Source: Zygnema circumcarinatum SAG 698-1b
Lineage: Eukaryota > Plantae > Zygnematophyceae
Reading direction: 5' to 3'
DNA length: 64,000 nt
Assembly: GCA_037447605.1 (NCBI GenBank)
Contig: CM074804.1
Span: forward strand, 1,922,001 to 1,986,000
Below, piece after piece: positions 33,938 through 54,751 of this stretch. The notes under the pieces were generated by a model. It saw only the letters and a program-made list of their open reading frames with translations, did no database searches and was not told the DNA's origin. Numbering within the stretch: the first letter of the stretch is position 1; each line of letters starts with the position of its first letter. The position numbers and the translations under genes are program-made.

Positions 33938-33958
33938 GCCACGTGGCATATGGCCAAT
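33938..33958 (+). promoter_or_regulatory. G-box (GCCACGTGGC) plus CCAAT box upstream of HDS
   Basis: Perfect 10-bp palindromic G-box at 33938-33947 and CCAAT at 33954-33958, about 160 bp before the ATG. TGACGTG is at about 33908. Confidence 0.5.
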
Positions 33959-34104
33959 CAGCGAACGCCACGCTGGCCTTTTCCGTTTCCTTTTCGCTTT
34001 CGCTCCCTGCAGCGTCCAGGCCCGTGCAGAGGGCGAGGGCGAGCCGGCTTCTTCATTGCAAGGCGGCCTCTCTCCGGCGCTAGGGTTTGCATACGAAGGC
34101 CCCC

Positions 34105-37100
34105 ATGGCTTCCACTCGCGAGCTGCTCCTCGTATCGCGGAGCTCTTTCTCCTCATCATTCGTCCCGGGATTCAAAAGGAGTGCTGCAGAAGGCAGGAGG
34201 GATGCTGCGCAGCTCCTGTTGAACGGCGGGAGATTACCGGGAGAAAGGAAGGGAAGAGCTGTCACGGTAAATGTACGGAGTGTGTTGGAGATGGAGGCGA
34301 CTCCGATTGAAGGAGGAAGTCAGCTCTTAGGTATGGGAAGGAATGGTGGAGATGGTTCCGAGATGACAGCTGGAGTTGAAGCTGCTAGGCCTTCCTTAGC
34401 CTTGGTTTGTCATTCGCTGCTTGTTTTGTATTCCAGGATTTGCTCTGTGCTCATAAAACGGAAGGGGATGGGAGGTGTCTGAATATTCGAGTGGGGGTGT
34501 GTATAAGCTTATGGCCTCCCGAGCAGTGAAGAGCTTTTTTGCTTGCAGGCTTAATGGTTTGAGGTAAAAAATGTTGGGCGCTGTGCATGAAGCTTCCGAC
34601 AGAAGCGCTTTCTGCTGTATGTAGTTCCTAGGACGTTTCTCAAGCCGTCCGTCCGTCCGTCTCATTGTCACAGGAGGGACTGCTCTTACGAGGGGTTATG
34701 TATGGGCTGCATTTTCGGTTTACTTGAGAAAAACAATAACTTAGAAGAACATGTTTAGAGGACTTGTTTTCTTGAGGGACGCCTTTACTCATGCAGAAGA
34801 TCCAAGTGCAGTAGAAGTGTAGCAATCGAGTGCACGTCGTATTTGTTGTCGACGTAAATAATTTTGTCAAATAGGAAAGAGGAGGAAGGAGGAACGATTG
34901 TAATGTGAAGTGCTGCACCTTTTTTGGCCATGCAGTCCCACGATTAAAATATGCAGAATCCATTCACAAGACAATCAGAAGGAAGACGAGAACAATCATG
35001 ATTGGCGATGTAGCAGTCGGAAGCGAACATCCAATTCGTGTTCAGACTATGACGACCACAGATACAAAGGATGTGAAGGGCACAGTTGAGCAGGTGAAGT
35101 ATACGGCTTCACACGCATCTCTGCTTTCTAAAAGAACAACTTATTTTTCTTGTTTGCTCCATGCTTAAGCCATTTTCTCCTTATCGTTCCTATAGCACCG
35201 AGTGGGCAAACGAGTTGCTTTATTTATCACCTTGTATTTGCGTTGGTTCGTTTTTAAGGAAATGAGGAATGTGACGGATATCTAGCAGTTATTGGCCTTG
35301 CAAGTATTATACTTTGTCATGTGGTTAAAAAACCCTGTCAGTTGGGTTTTCGTCATTTCAATAGGTTCCATGCTGTGCCGGCCACGGTGTTGCAGGTAAT
35401 GCGTATTGCTGATAAGGGCGCCGACATCTGCCGCATTACTGTCCAAGGAAAGAAGGAAGCCGATGCCTGCTTTGAGATAAAGAACAGTCTGGTGCAGGCA
35501 GGGTAGGTTCCGCAGCTTGTCTTTGTTGAGTTGAAGCGTGTAGAAAGCTATTTGATGGTGATCATTTACAGGTACCAGCATCATCAAAACGATTGTTATA
35601 CCTCTGCTCATGCATTGAGTTTCTTCATTTTTTAAACTGTCAGGAATATTATATTGGATTCATCTGCACTCCAGTAGAGGAGGTTATAATGAGCAAGTGC
35701 TCTGAAGGAAAAGGATCGATGTGGTAGAATTATTCCTTACTAGTTGACTATGCTCGTAGTGTTCCTTATCTGAGACAGACATGTTTCCTTCTCTTAGTGT
35801 TCCTGGCGTTTGCGAGGTAAGAAAGCTGGCTACACGTTGGCTTTTATTCGTTATGCCTTAAAAAAGGTTGTTCTATGGCACTTTTGAAGAGCCGCGTCGT
35901 TTATCTATTGAGAAGACTAAACTTTAGGAGAACCTGGCGATGGAAGAAAGCGGAAAGTCGTGCAAGGGCAGACGCCAATCATGCATGGGATAGTTCGCGC
36001 CAATGAATCTGACGTTTGGTTATTGTCCTTCTGGTGACAGGTACAACATTCCTCTCGTTGCTGATATCCATTTTGCTCCGGCTGTTGCGATGCGGGTTGC
36101 TGAATGCTTTGACAAGATCCGAATCAATCCAGGCAACTTCGGTGAGCTGCACGCTCTCATGTGCTTATTTTTTATTTTGCACTCTATGATATCTTTCAAG
36201 AAGATGTTGATTTGGCTGACAGGAAAAGCTTCATCAACGTCAAGCAACCCTCGCACTTATTGACATGTTGTGCCAAATATTTACTTGCTAGTCATCACAG
36301 TTATTGGCCACACAGCTTGTTACGTTCGTGCCTCGCTTCTCGAATCCTGTCTAGCAAATACTATATTTGAGCGTTGTGTTTTTAGGGTTTAACCTGGTTG
36401 CAAGCTTAAGAAAGCAGCGAACCAGTTTAGACACAATCTGTAGATTTTTTTTGTGAAGCTTTTGCATATACATGTCGTTACACCTAGGAATTTTTGGAAT
36501 GAAGACTAAGTGCATGTTTGAAAGCTCAAATCTGCTATTCTCTGAAGAAGCTCAGTGAGGCAGGATGCCTGCGACATTCATCCGTCACTCTCCCTTGTTC
36601 ATTAAACTTGCAAACGTAAGCATTGTTGAGACATACTCTGTCGAGTTTGGAGTAGCAATCCAAAATCTGTTGATCGTGCCTTGCTGGTATCTGAAAGTGA
36701 ACTGACCTAGCCAACACCGTTTTCTCAAATGGAACAGCTGACAGGAGAGCAAAGTTTGAGACCCTAGAGTATACAGAGGAGTCTTATCAGCAGGAGCTCG
36801 AATACATTGAGGAGGTATTTTTCCATCAACTTGCCGAGACTGCTTTGAAACTACCGAGATCGGGTTGATAGGTCTGTCGTTAGTGTCCAAGTTTAGAAGC
36901 CTCATCATATTCAGTGGATGTCTGGAAGTCATCAGCCGACAGATAAAATGCGAACGAGGTCTGTATCTGCTTGACTTCTTCAAAATGTATAGGGGATCGC
37001 AGTATGGCAACTACCAAACGGCAGTCGCATAGAGTCTGGTTGATTTTTCTGGCCACGTCCATAAAGCGACAGGTTGCCCTGTTGATATGTGCTAGGTACT

Positions 37101-40100
37101 TCTCGTTTGTGGAGTTATCATGTAGTGTAATGTGATACAGTTAGTCCGATTACGGTGTATTCATTCGATCGTGTTGCCTATACCGCACGGTTGAGGACAA
37201 TACAATCGGCAGTCTTTTCATGACCTCATTGATTCTTGTGCTTTGGGTCGTTCTGGCAACTTGCAAAAGGTTTTCACGCCGCTGGTGAAGAAGTGCAAGG
37301 ACCTCGGACGGGCCATGAGGATTGGAACCAACCACGGCAGTTTGTCGGACCGCATCATGAGCTACTACGGTGATTCGCCTCGAGGAATGGTGAGGCTGAT
37401 GTTGGAGAGAGGATTTAGTGAAAATTAGTACATTCCGGGTCCACCTATTAAGAGAGCGTGTAATGCTGAAAGTGTGGGAGGAGACAATATCTTTGCTTGA
37501 AAGTTGTCTGTGTAAACATGATAACTGGGATTAGAAATAGGGAGCTATGCTGGCCGGCTACCTTTAGCAGACAAGACTGCTTCCTGCGCACCTTGAGTCC
37601 ACGGCCGCTGCTTCGTTCCTTCTTGTTGATAGCTCAGAATGCTGCATTTAAAGGAGGAACGAAAATGAGAAGTTCCCATGGGCTTTAGACATGACGAAAA
37701 CTATGTCAGGTTGCAACAGCCATCTACTTTGTTGAGATGTTCGTAGAGCTTTCCACCTCAACATGAGCTATAAAAAACATGTACATCTCTTGATCTTCCA
37801 AATAACTGCCTGTAGGCCCGTCGCATGCTTTAGAGATCATGGCTAGTATTTTCCAAACCTTCGTTCCATAATCTTCTTTTCTTCTTGTGCTGCTTGCTCA
37901 TTTATGTCTTTGGCCTTGTCAGGTTGAGTCTGCATTCGAGTATGCGAGAATCTGTCGCAAGCTCGACTACCACAACTTCCTGTTCTCTATGAAGGCGAGC
38001 AACCCTGTTGTGATGGTTGCTGCCTATCGCCTCCTCTGTGCTGAAATGCACCGTGAAGGCTGGGATTATCCTCTGCATCTTGGAGTCACTGAGGCTGGAG
38101 ATGGAGAAGATGGGCGCATGAAGTCTGCTATTGGCATAGGCACTCTACTTCAGGTGGGTTTTTCAATTCCCTAGGTGTGGGGGTCCAGCCACAAATTCCA
38201 GCCTTCTGTTGTTTTTAAAAACTAACGAGAGTCTTCTCTTAGGAGTTGCTTGAGACAACTTCGTAAAGCGGATGACTTAAGAAGAAAATGGTCACAATGG
38301 CAGGATGGGCTTGGAGATACAATAAGAGTTTCGCTTACGGAGGCTCCTGAAGAAGAGATTGATCCGTGCACCCGACTGGCCCAGTATGGCATGAAGGCTG
38401 CAGCCCAGCAGAGAGGAGTGGTGAGACTTCGATGCTTAATCTCGGATCCTTTCTTTGGCTTGTGATCCCCCCAATTCTTTCGCCCACAAAAAAAGGGCGT
38501 CAAATATATCGTCCCTGATGTGGTGAAGCACACGGAAATGAAAGTGATATGGGATTCATGATTGTTACGTCTGTGAAGGAGCTCGTTTGCTGATAGTCAG
38601 AAAAGGGAAACTAGGCTTCCTCCTTGATGAATTATAGAGCGGGTGGTACTTGCAGGAGTTTTTTGAGGAGAAGCACAGACATTACTTTGACTTTCAACGA
38701 AGGTCGGGCCAACTGCCAGCTCAGCAGGAGGTGTGTAAACTGCTCAATCTCAAGGATGTGCAAACCTTTTTTTGTCACCGATTGAATGGTGTTTCATTTT
38801 GCTCGTGAATGAAATTACACGCCAAAGGCACTCATTGTCTCCATTGTGCGTTTTTTCTAAGTGTTTGTATGATTATTTCTCTGTACTATCTACCTGCTAA
38901 TGAACTTATTATGCAATTGTAACCTTTACCTGGTCTGGCACTTTGACCTACAGGGAGATGAAATTGACTTCAGGGGGGTGCTGCACCGTGATGGTTCTGT
39001 CCTCATGTCAGTCACCCTCGACCAGCTGAAGGTGAGCACATGGTTAACTAACGTTTTCCTGAGGCTAACCATCCTTGATAATTCTTCATGTTGAAACATC
39101 TACATACCCACTGCTTCATGTACCTTTCGAAGTTGTCCTTTTGCAAATTTTTCTGTGTGAAATCTAAGTCTCTCCAGCTATTTTTCTACATTACTCACCA
39201 CTCACATCACTACGAAGCTGCTTGAGAAGACCTGTTTTACCAGAATGACTGAGAGCTTCTTTTGCACTGAACACAGGTCCCGGAGAAGCTATATAAGGCT
39301 CTCAGTTGCAAGCTGGCAGTAGGTATGCCATTTAAGGTAAGTGTACAAACCACGTCACCCTTCGTCGTCCTTCATCTCGTCTCCTAAGTTAGATCAGCAA
39401 GCTATGTGAGGAGAGAGAAGTTGATGCGGTACTGGTTTTTGTATACTCAGCTATGAAGCTACCTGCCGGGCTTTTTGGTGCAGGACTTGGCAACCGTGGA
39501 TACCATACTCATGAGAGAACTTCCTCCAGTCGACGATAAGGAAGCTGTAAGTCTCATGACCTCCAGACCTCTCCATAGCATGGACTGATAGAGAATATGA
39601 CTCATCCGATAGCTTTGCAACCTCTTTCACTGCATAGGTGGTGTCAAAATGAGTGCAATTGTGATGCCACCCTTAGGTTGTTCCTTCAGATTAAACTTGC
39701 ACTCTTCTTGTATTGAGAACAGGCATGGGTGGGTGAGAGGGATTTGCAGAGATTGGCATTAAAGAGGCTGCAAGAGGTGAGCATGGGAGTGTTGGCCCCT
39801 CTCTCTGCCCTCTTGGAGCGACCTTTGAAGAACGGAATGGCTCTGCTCACGCTGCAGGAAGCAAAGAGTGGAGCGTATGAGCAGTTGCCAAAGGGTGAGA
39901 TTTGTGGCTCCATATGTCCAAGAGCTGCGGCCTACTACTAGAAATCGATGCTTTGCTGTGAGATATTCTGTACAGGAATCCAAGCTGTTGACATTTTTTG
40001 CATGGATCTGGTCTGCAGGAACTCGTCTGGCCGTGTCATTGAGAGGAGATGAGCAGTACGAGGACCTGGAGGTCCTTAAGGGCCTTAAGCCTGTAATGCT

Positions 40101-41808
40101 GCTGATAGAGATACCTGCCAATGACGAGAAGGTCAGCCGAGTGCATGCCTCTAGAAGGTGAGGGGGACCCTAGAACCCTACATGCCCGAATAGTTCGGAA
40201 GTGTTGGAAACTCCTAAAAATCTGCTCGCACATTCTGGGGCTGTGCTAGGGCAGGAGCATGATAGGAAGTATCATTCCCTGCAGTACCACCATGTACTTC
40301 TTGGAATGCACAAGAGCCTTGCAGTCTTTGAAGTACTGTATCAACTTGGAGGTTTTGTTTTGGATCCTGTCCTACGCTTGTCGCAGGCTATTTGAATATC
40401 TGCAGACCAACCAGCTCGATTACCCCGTTATTCATCACCTCAGATTTCCGGAAGGCACACACAAGTGAGGGCTTCCTTTTTATTTTACATCGGGTCGGCT
40501 TTTAGGGTCCTTAAAGTGTATCTTGTGCATCTGCTAGTCTCCCCTCTGTTGTAGTTTGTTTGGATATCTCATGACCTGAAAGGGTCAGAGTTTTTTCCGA
40601 ATTCTTTCCTGATGTGAATCTAGTTTGTGGATGCAGAGATGATGTGGTGATTCGTTCGGGAAGTGAAGCAGGTGCTTTGCTGGTAAGGACATCTGTCAAA
40701 ATGTTGCTCAGAGGTTCTGAAAGCGAGAAACTTTGTTGATTGAGGATAGTTTCTTATTCCGTTGAGGGGGGGTGGAGTTGTTGTATGCAGGTAGACGGGT
40801 TGGGAGATGGCGTGATGCTGGAGGCGGAAGGTCAAGATTTTGAGTTTTTGCGGAATTCCTCCTTTGGAATGCTTCAGGGCTGTCGAATGCGCAACACAAA
40901 GACGGTAAGCTTGAAACTGGCCTACTCTTACTCATGTTCATGACATTATGTTCGCTTTCTTTCTGACTCTGCTGTTACCTTCTCTTAACGCATCGATAGC
41001 GTTGAAGGCTGGTGTTCTGTATTTTTCATCTGCCAGTGATTTTCGGAAATTGTACGTCTCGTACAACAGGGACCTTAACCTTGCGGTTTTCTGATTGGTG
41101 TTGTAAATAGGAATTTGTTTCCTGCCCGTCATGTGGTCGGACCCTTTTTGACCTCCAAGAGGTGACTGCTTCAATCCGAGAAAAGACAGCCCACTTACCG
41201 GGTGTTGCGGTGAGTTCCAACCTCCCTACTATATGAGGGCCTCTATGGTGCTTCTCTCTCTCCCCCCCCTTCGCTCTGTCTGTCTCTCAACACAACACAC
41301 ATACATACGACTTGATAGCCTTTAGGTTTGACGGTAGGCACGAGGGACTTTGGGGCGCCACAGATCGCCATCATGGGGTGCATTGTGAACGGCCCGGGGG
41401 AGATGGCGGATGCCGATTTTGGGTATGTGGGAGGCGTGCCCGGGAAGATCGACCTTTACGTGGGGAAGGTGAGGCTGCTGTTCTCTCTCATCCAATCTAT
41501 CTGTGCACCTAGCAACTAGAAATGGGAAGAATGCTGTCATTGGCTGTTGTTGTGAATCTTCATTTAGTGTTCCAGTTTAAGGTTTTCGTGGTCCTATAGT
41601 TATGTAAGGGTCTGGGATTCTCTCCCCCAGAATTTGTTCAGCGAGAGGGAAGTATTATGTGTCGGTGCATGGAAGCGGGGCTCATAGCCTTCAGTTTGTG
41701 GGGCAGGAGGTTGTACGGAGAGCCATTCCCATGGAAGGGGCTACAGACGCTTTGGTTGAGTTGATCAAGGAGCACGGGCGCTGGGTGGACCCTCCCAAGG
41801 AGGAGTGA
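34105..41808 (+). CDS. HDS: 4-hydroxy-3-methylbut-2-en-1-yl diphosphate synthase (plant-type IspG/GcpE with transit peptide and insertion domain)
   Basis: Multi-exon. Motifs [114 protein letters not shown]. Confidence 0.96.
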
Positions 41809-42079
41809 TGCATGCGAGTGCCCTCAACACTCATTTGAAGGCTGTGTTTTACCCATAACGTATCGGTTGTGTTCATTATTATCCCCGTTGGATACTTTTG
41901 GAGTCATTAGGGCGTCTCAGTTTTGTGAAGTGCAGGTGTCTATGAAGTCTAGACCGCCTGACGCAGAAGTCAGTCAGGTAGGTCTTCAACGGTAACCGTA
42001 ATGGTAACGGTACCGTCCATTGTAAACAGTAGCAGTGAAGCTTTGCCAAACGTACAGCTTGGCATAGACGAATGTTTTA

Positions 42080-43091
42080 GGAAAATTCTATTCTCACACC
42101 TTTTTTGTCTACACACAGACCTCTTTTCGCCGGGCAGATTTTAAAATAGACAAAAAAGGAACACACCTTTCACACCTTTTTTTTTTTCACCTTTTTTTTC
42201 ACATCTTTTTGGAATCGATACACGCTACTACTGAGCGGCCGAGCGCCGTGAGCACCTTTTCTGTCGGGCAGATTTTACTCCTTATCATTTATTTTCAGAG
42301 AAAAAAATATCTGCCTGCCCGAATCCGCTCGGAGGGAAAGATCCGTCCGCCACGAGATCGTTCGCGGATGGCCGTCATTTACACGTGCAATAATTTTCCG
42401 CCGTCGATATTCACTCAGATCGCACCTTGGCAGATCACCGTTCGATCAGCAGCCGGGCTCTGTCCCACGTGTCCCACCCAAGCCGGCTCAAAGGACCGTA
42501 CAAAAGGCGTACGTCCGCAGCTTCGAGGAAAGTCAAAAACCGTAATAAAAAGTTGAGTGCCTGTACCAATCACAGTTTGCCACGTCCAAAAATAGCACGC
42601 GGCAGATGGTGATTGGTACAAGCTCACAATGTAAGGAATTTAGACTTTCCTCGAAGCTGCGACCGTACGAATAGTGTACGAACCTCAAGAAGGCTTGGGG
42701 CGGACACGTGGGCGTGTGCCATTCGCTGGGACCGAGCCCGGCTGCCGATCGAACGGCGATCTGCCGTGGTGTGATCTGCGCTAGAATCGACGGTGAATAG
42801 TTTCTGCACGTGTGAAGGACGGCCACCCGCGAACGATCTCGTGGCGGACGGATCTTCTGCTCCGAGAGGATTCGGGCAGGCCGATATTTTTTTCTCTGAA
42901 AAAAACAAGAAGGGGTAAAATCTGCCCGATGGAGAAAGGTGTGTCGATTTCAAAAAGGTGTGAAAAAAAAGGTGAAAAAAAAAAAGGTGAGAAGGTGTGA
43001 AAGGTGTGTTCTTTTTTTGTGCTATTCTAAAATCTGCCCGGCGAAAAGAGGCCTGTGTGTAGACAAAAAAGGTGTGAGAATAGAATTTTCC
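42080..43091. mobile_element. Foldback (long-TIR) non-autonomous element, copy 2
   Basis: GGAAAATTC...GAATTTTCC termini with inverted arms of about 450 bp. 8-bp TSD ATGTTTTA at 42072-42079 and 43092-43099. Confidence 0.92.
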
Positions 43092-43411
43092 ATGTTTTAA
43101 TAACAGAAGTAGTGATATTGTCGATGTGAAGATGCTTGTCATTCCATGGGGTTTGAAAACTGATCGCATTATAGTATCAACAACAATTTATGGAAATGCA
43201 AGGCAGTTTGGGTTGTAACACTGTAGAGCAATGAAAAGTGCCTTTATTTACCGCTTGGAGAGCAGAATGTGCTGAAATGTGTGAAGCCACTTCACATCTT
43301 CATATGAGCACAAGACAAAAATGAAAAAAATAATAAAGAAAGTTCTGCAACCCAACAGAAAGAGGTGTTTCGGCTTATTCCCCGTCCCATAATACCCTCC
43401 TTCGACAAAAG

Positions 43412-46559
<3,148 letters not shown>

Positions 46560-49146
46560 GGCGGAGGCGTGGGAGCAACGCAGCCAGAGGGCCAAATAAG
46601 GGCGCTCGATGGGGACTATTTTTGTAGTTTTTGTATCTTAAATTTAGATATTTATTCAGAGAAAGGGAACCGTAGGATTTCTGACGCGTGGCGCTCATGG
46701 CACGATCTCGGCTGTTCATTGGGCACGGTGGCGTCGCGTTGACCGGAATGAGGGGGATCCGATTGATTGATTACTTTTTGGCGTCGATGTTGATCGCGGC
46801 CCCTCGTCGCGAGGGCGGTGTAAATCTGGACGAGATACGGACCGGATTCAGTTTCAATTTGGGATCCAAAAATAGTTAGTTTTTACCCTAAAAAAAGTGA
46901 CATGTCTAATTTCGTTTTTTGATCAAAAAATTGCATAGTTGGCCCCCCAAAGCAGACAGTGCAGCAGCCCCAGCTTCAGTCTGCAGTAGCGGCGCCGGGA
47001 GGGAGGGAGGAGGAGCCGGCGGCCTCCCTGCTATACAACAATAAGGTAACGTGATGGCAATGGGCGGCAGGAAGATGCGTGTCCTGTGATGCATGGCGGG
47101 TGCAGTATGGCACACGATGCGTCGGGCCATGGCCATGCATGCATGGGTCCCTGCGCGGGGGCGGAGCGCGCGAGGAAGTGATGAGCAAGCAAGCGGTAGC
47201 GCTGCAGCTCACGAGCTGCCGCGCGATGACTCCTCCACACGAGATTGCTGACTCTCCGCGCTCTGCCAAGCGCCCGCCCGCGGCCCTGCGCGCCGCAAAG
47301 CCTACAGCGCCCATTTTGACCTGCGATTGCCCGCCTTCCGCGTTTCTCCGCACTCTCTTACCCCGCTCTGCTTCTCTCCTTCTCAAATTCAAGCTATCGC
47401 ATCCTCCTGCTGGTGTTTTTTTCCTCGAGCTTCGTCTACTTGCTCCCGCCTCTTTCTCGCCTCATCGATGCCTGGTCGTTGATTGTTCGATATCCAAGCA
47501 GATGCTTTCTGTAATGAATTGGCTTGGAAACGTTCTGGACACCTTTCTGTGTTCCTATGTTCTACTTCCGATGGTGGTTTTTTAGGCAATTCTTGCTCCT
47601 TGCTCCGCTTTTGCATGGCCTCTTGCTGTCCAAGAGGCTGCGTCTTCATTAGTATGTCAAATTTGCAACGCTAATTATTAACTGCCTATCATTTCATGAC
47701 TCTGCGTTTTTGCAGGGATACGTTTTCAGGTGCCGACTTTTCAATGCGTTGAAGATCTATTTACTTGGAAGGTTTCGTTTATATAGGAGATGCTTTGAAG
47801 GATTGCAGTTCTGCTGCTGTGCAATATCATCTGTTAACAGCACTGGCAACTCCTTTCCAGTTCCATGTAAAGGCTCATTAAACACATGAATGCGATTACC
47901 ATTTGAATGTGTTCTTCCGTTGTGCTTCCTTCTCCTTTCAACCTTTTTCTATAGTTAGTATGGATGTACCATGAGTAGAATGTCCTTACAGAGAGGAAAG
48001 GCGTGAATTGGCATCAGAAAGATAGTGGCTAGTGTATCTGATGTGGCAGCCAAAACCGCGTGCTTGCCCGCTAACCCTGTGCCTCCATAGTGCGCTTTTT
48101 GTTGCTGGTTCAATTCGTACTAGCCAATGTGGTGATGTGCATTCCGACTGGACGACACTGACTAAAGCAATGCAGCGTTGGTCCAATTGGACTAACTCGG
48201 GAGCTCATTCATTAACTAGCTCATTTATCAAGCAAGAAATCGCAACAGTAGACGATTTCATAACGTTTGTTGGCCCGACATTTAAACCTCTAAGCTCTCG
48301 ATGAATCCATCAGCCTTCCCTCCAACCATAATTTCGCATGTTGCATGGCTGACAGGTCAGTATAAAAGGTAGAAACTTCATTTCGTCTTGTGACGCAAAA
48401 CATTGGATGAAGGCACGTACATCAAGGCTGGAGACACTCTAGTCCAAAAACGTAAGCAACCTTCTCGCAGCATCACATATGAGACAGTGCAAGCAGGCAA
48501 ATGCTCCAATCTCATTACTGAAAAAGGCACACACTACACAAGGCAGGAATCCATACTGTGCTGCGCCTATGACCTCTGCAGATGCTTACCCCAACATCGC
48601 AGTCCACCTTAATCGACATCCCAACCATGCCTACCAATCGAAGGAACCAACAGCTGCACAACAGCGTGGAAGCCCCACTGCATACAGCGCGAAGAGTGAG
48701 AAGTTTGCTCGTTTAAACGAAAAAAATAAAAAAACTGATTTTTGATTCACGAAAATAATGAGCCCAACCCTACTCAGAAAGAAGAATGCTCTTATGCAAG
48801 AATAGTGGACACCAATCGTGCCATCAGTTCCCACACCCACCCCCCGTCCCCCTAAATGCCAAGAATTCATGTACTAGTAGTAGCCTCATGCCTGCACCCA
48901 CTCCCCTTCCTCTCTTCTCCGTTCTCACCCTCCGTCACTCCGCCCTCTTTCCACATCGAGAAACGCAGGCACATACAAAGCCTGATCCCAGAATCAGACC
49001 GCCTCCAGAGAATTCACTCTTTCTCCACCTTACAATGGCCATACTTGCCATCCATCCATCCATCCATTCATCCATCCATCCATCTGTCCACACCTTCACT
49101 GGATGACTCTACACCCGGACCGTGCCGAGGCCTTGGCTTCCACCAT

Positions 49147-53863
<4,717 letters not shown>

Positions 53864-54601
53864 GGCTATTCTCTCCCTACAGGATCCTTACGAGCCAAGA
53901 AACCCCAATACAGTAACAGCAGCAGGGAGCAATGTTCTCTTTGCCTGCTTCTGGTATCTCCTGCCGTTCTCTTCTCTCCCGCTATCCCCTAATGAATATG
54001 CAGACGCAATAATTACAACGAGTAGCCCTAAAATTTGGAGCTCCAAGAACGCAGGAGGAGAGGCGGTGCCTTCTCTAAATTTCAGAACTCTTTCGTTATG
54101 CATTCAGACCTAAATAGTTCACCTTCGCGTCTCGGGCAGACGAAACTTTTGACTTCTTGCCAGTAACACGTTTCTCCTTCTTGGGCAGCCCTTCCACCCG
54201 GGCAAGAAGGAAACGTTTTTGAACGTACGCGAGTCACACTCACTCAGTGCTCTGAAAAGAAGTTTTGTTGTGACCCTGAAAACTGGGCAGTATGAAGATT
54301 CGGGATTTCGACCTGCCCTAAAAAAACGGCATTCAAAACCCTGGTTGACGCTCAACCCTCCGACGGCGTACGGGCGAGGCGGCGGAAAATTTTACTGTGA
54401 GCCGTGTATGGGCCCGTGAAGATCGGACGGCCGCCAGGGCTCGACAGAAGCAATCGACGGCTGGGGACGCCCCGCCACGGTCCGACCTCGGCGGTTGTCG
54501 ACACTCGGGGGGCGCCAATCGTGGAGAGTAATATCTCCCTTTTGAATGAATCGAGGGGATGATTCAAGGAAAAAAAAAAAAAAAAAAGGGGGGGGAAGGT
54601 G

Positions 54602-54636
54602 AATGTCAATGTTCAATGTTCAATGTTCAATGTTCC
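54602..54636. repeat. (AATGTTC)n 7-mer tandem repeat
   Basis: Four to five units, next to a poly-A/poly-G run. Confidence 0.8.
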
Positions 54637-54751
54637 CCTTTTCACGTTTGCCCCTCCCTCTTATGTTTTAATTTTATAAATAGGCCTTGAATACATTTCC
54701 TTCTGTCTGACTTTCTTTCCTTCCTAACTGCGCTCGCTGCTGCTGCTGCTG

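Noticed and set aside
41987-42020. AACGGTAACCGTAATGGTAACGGTACCG cluster as a TE end
   Set aside because: Too short, with no partner TIR or TSD found.
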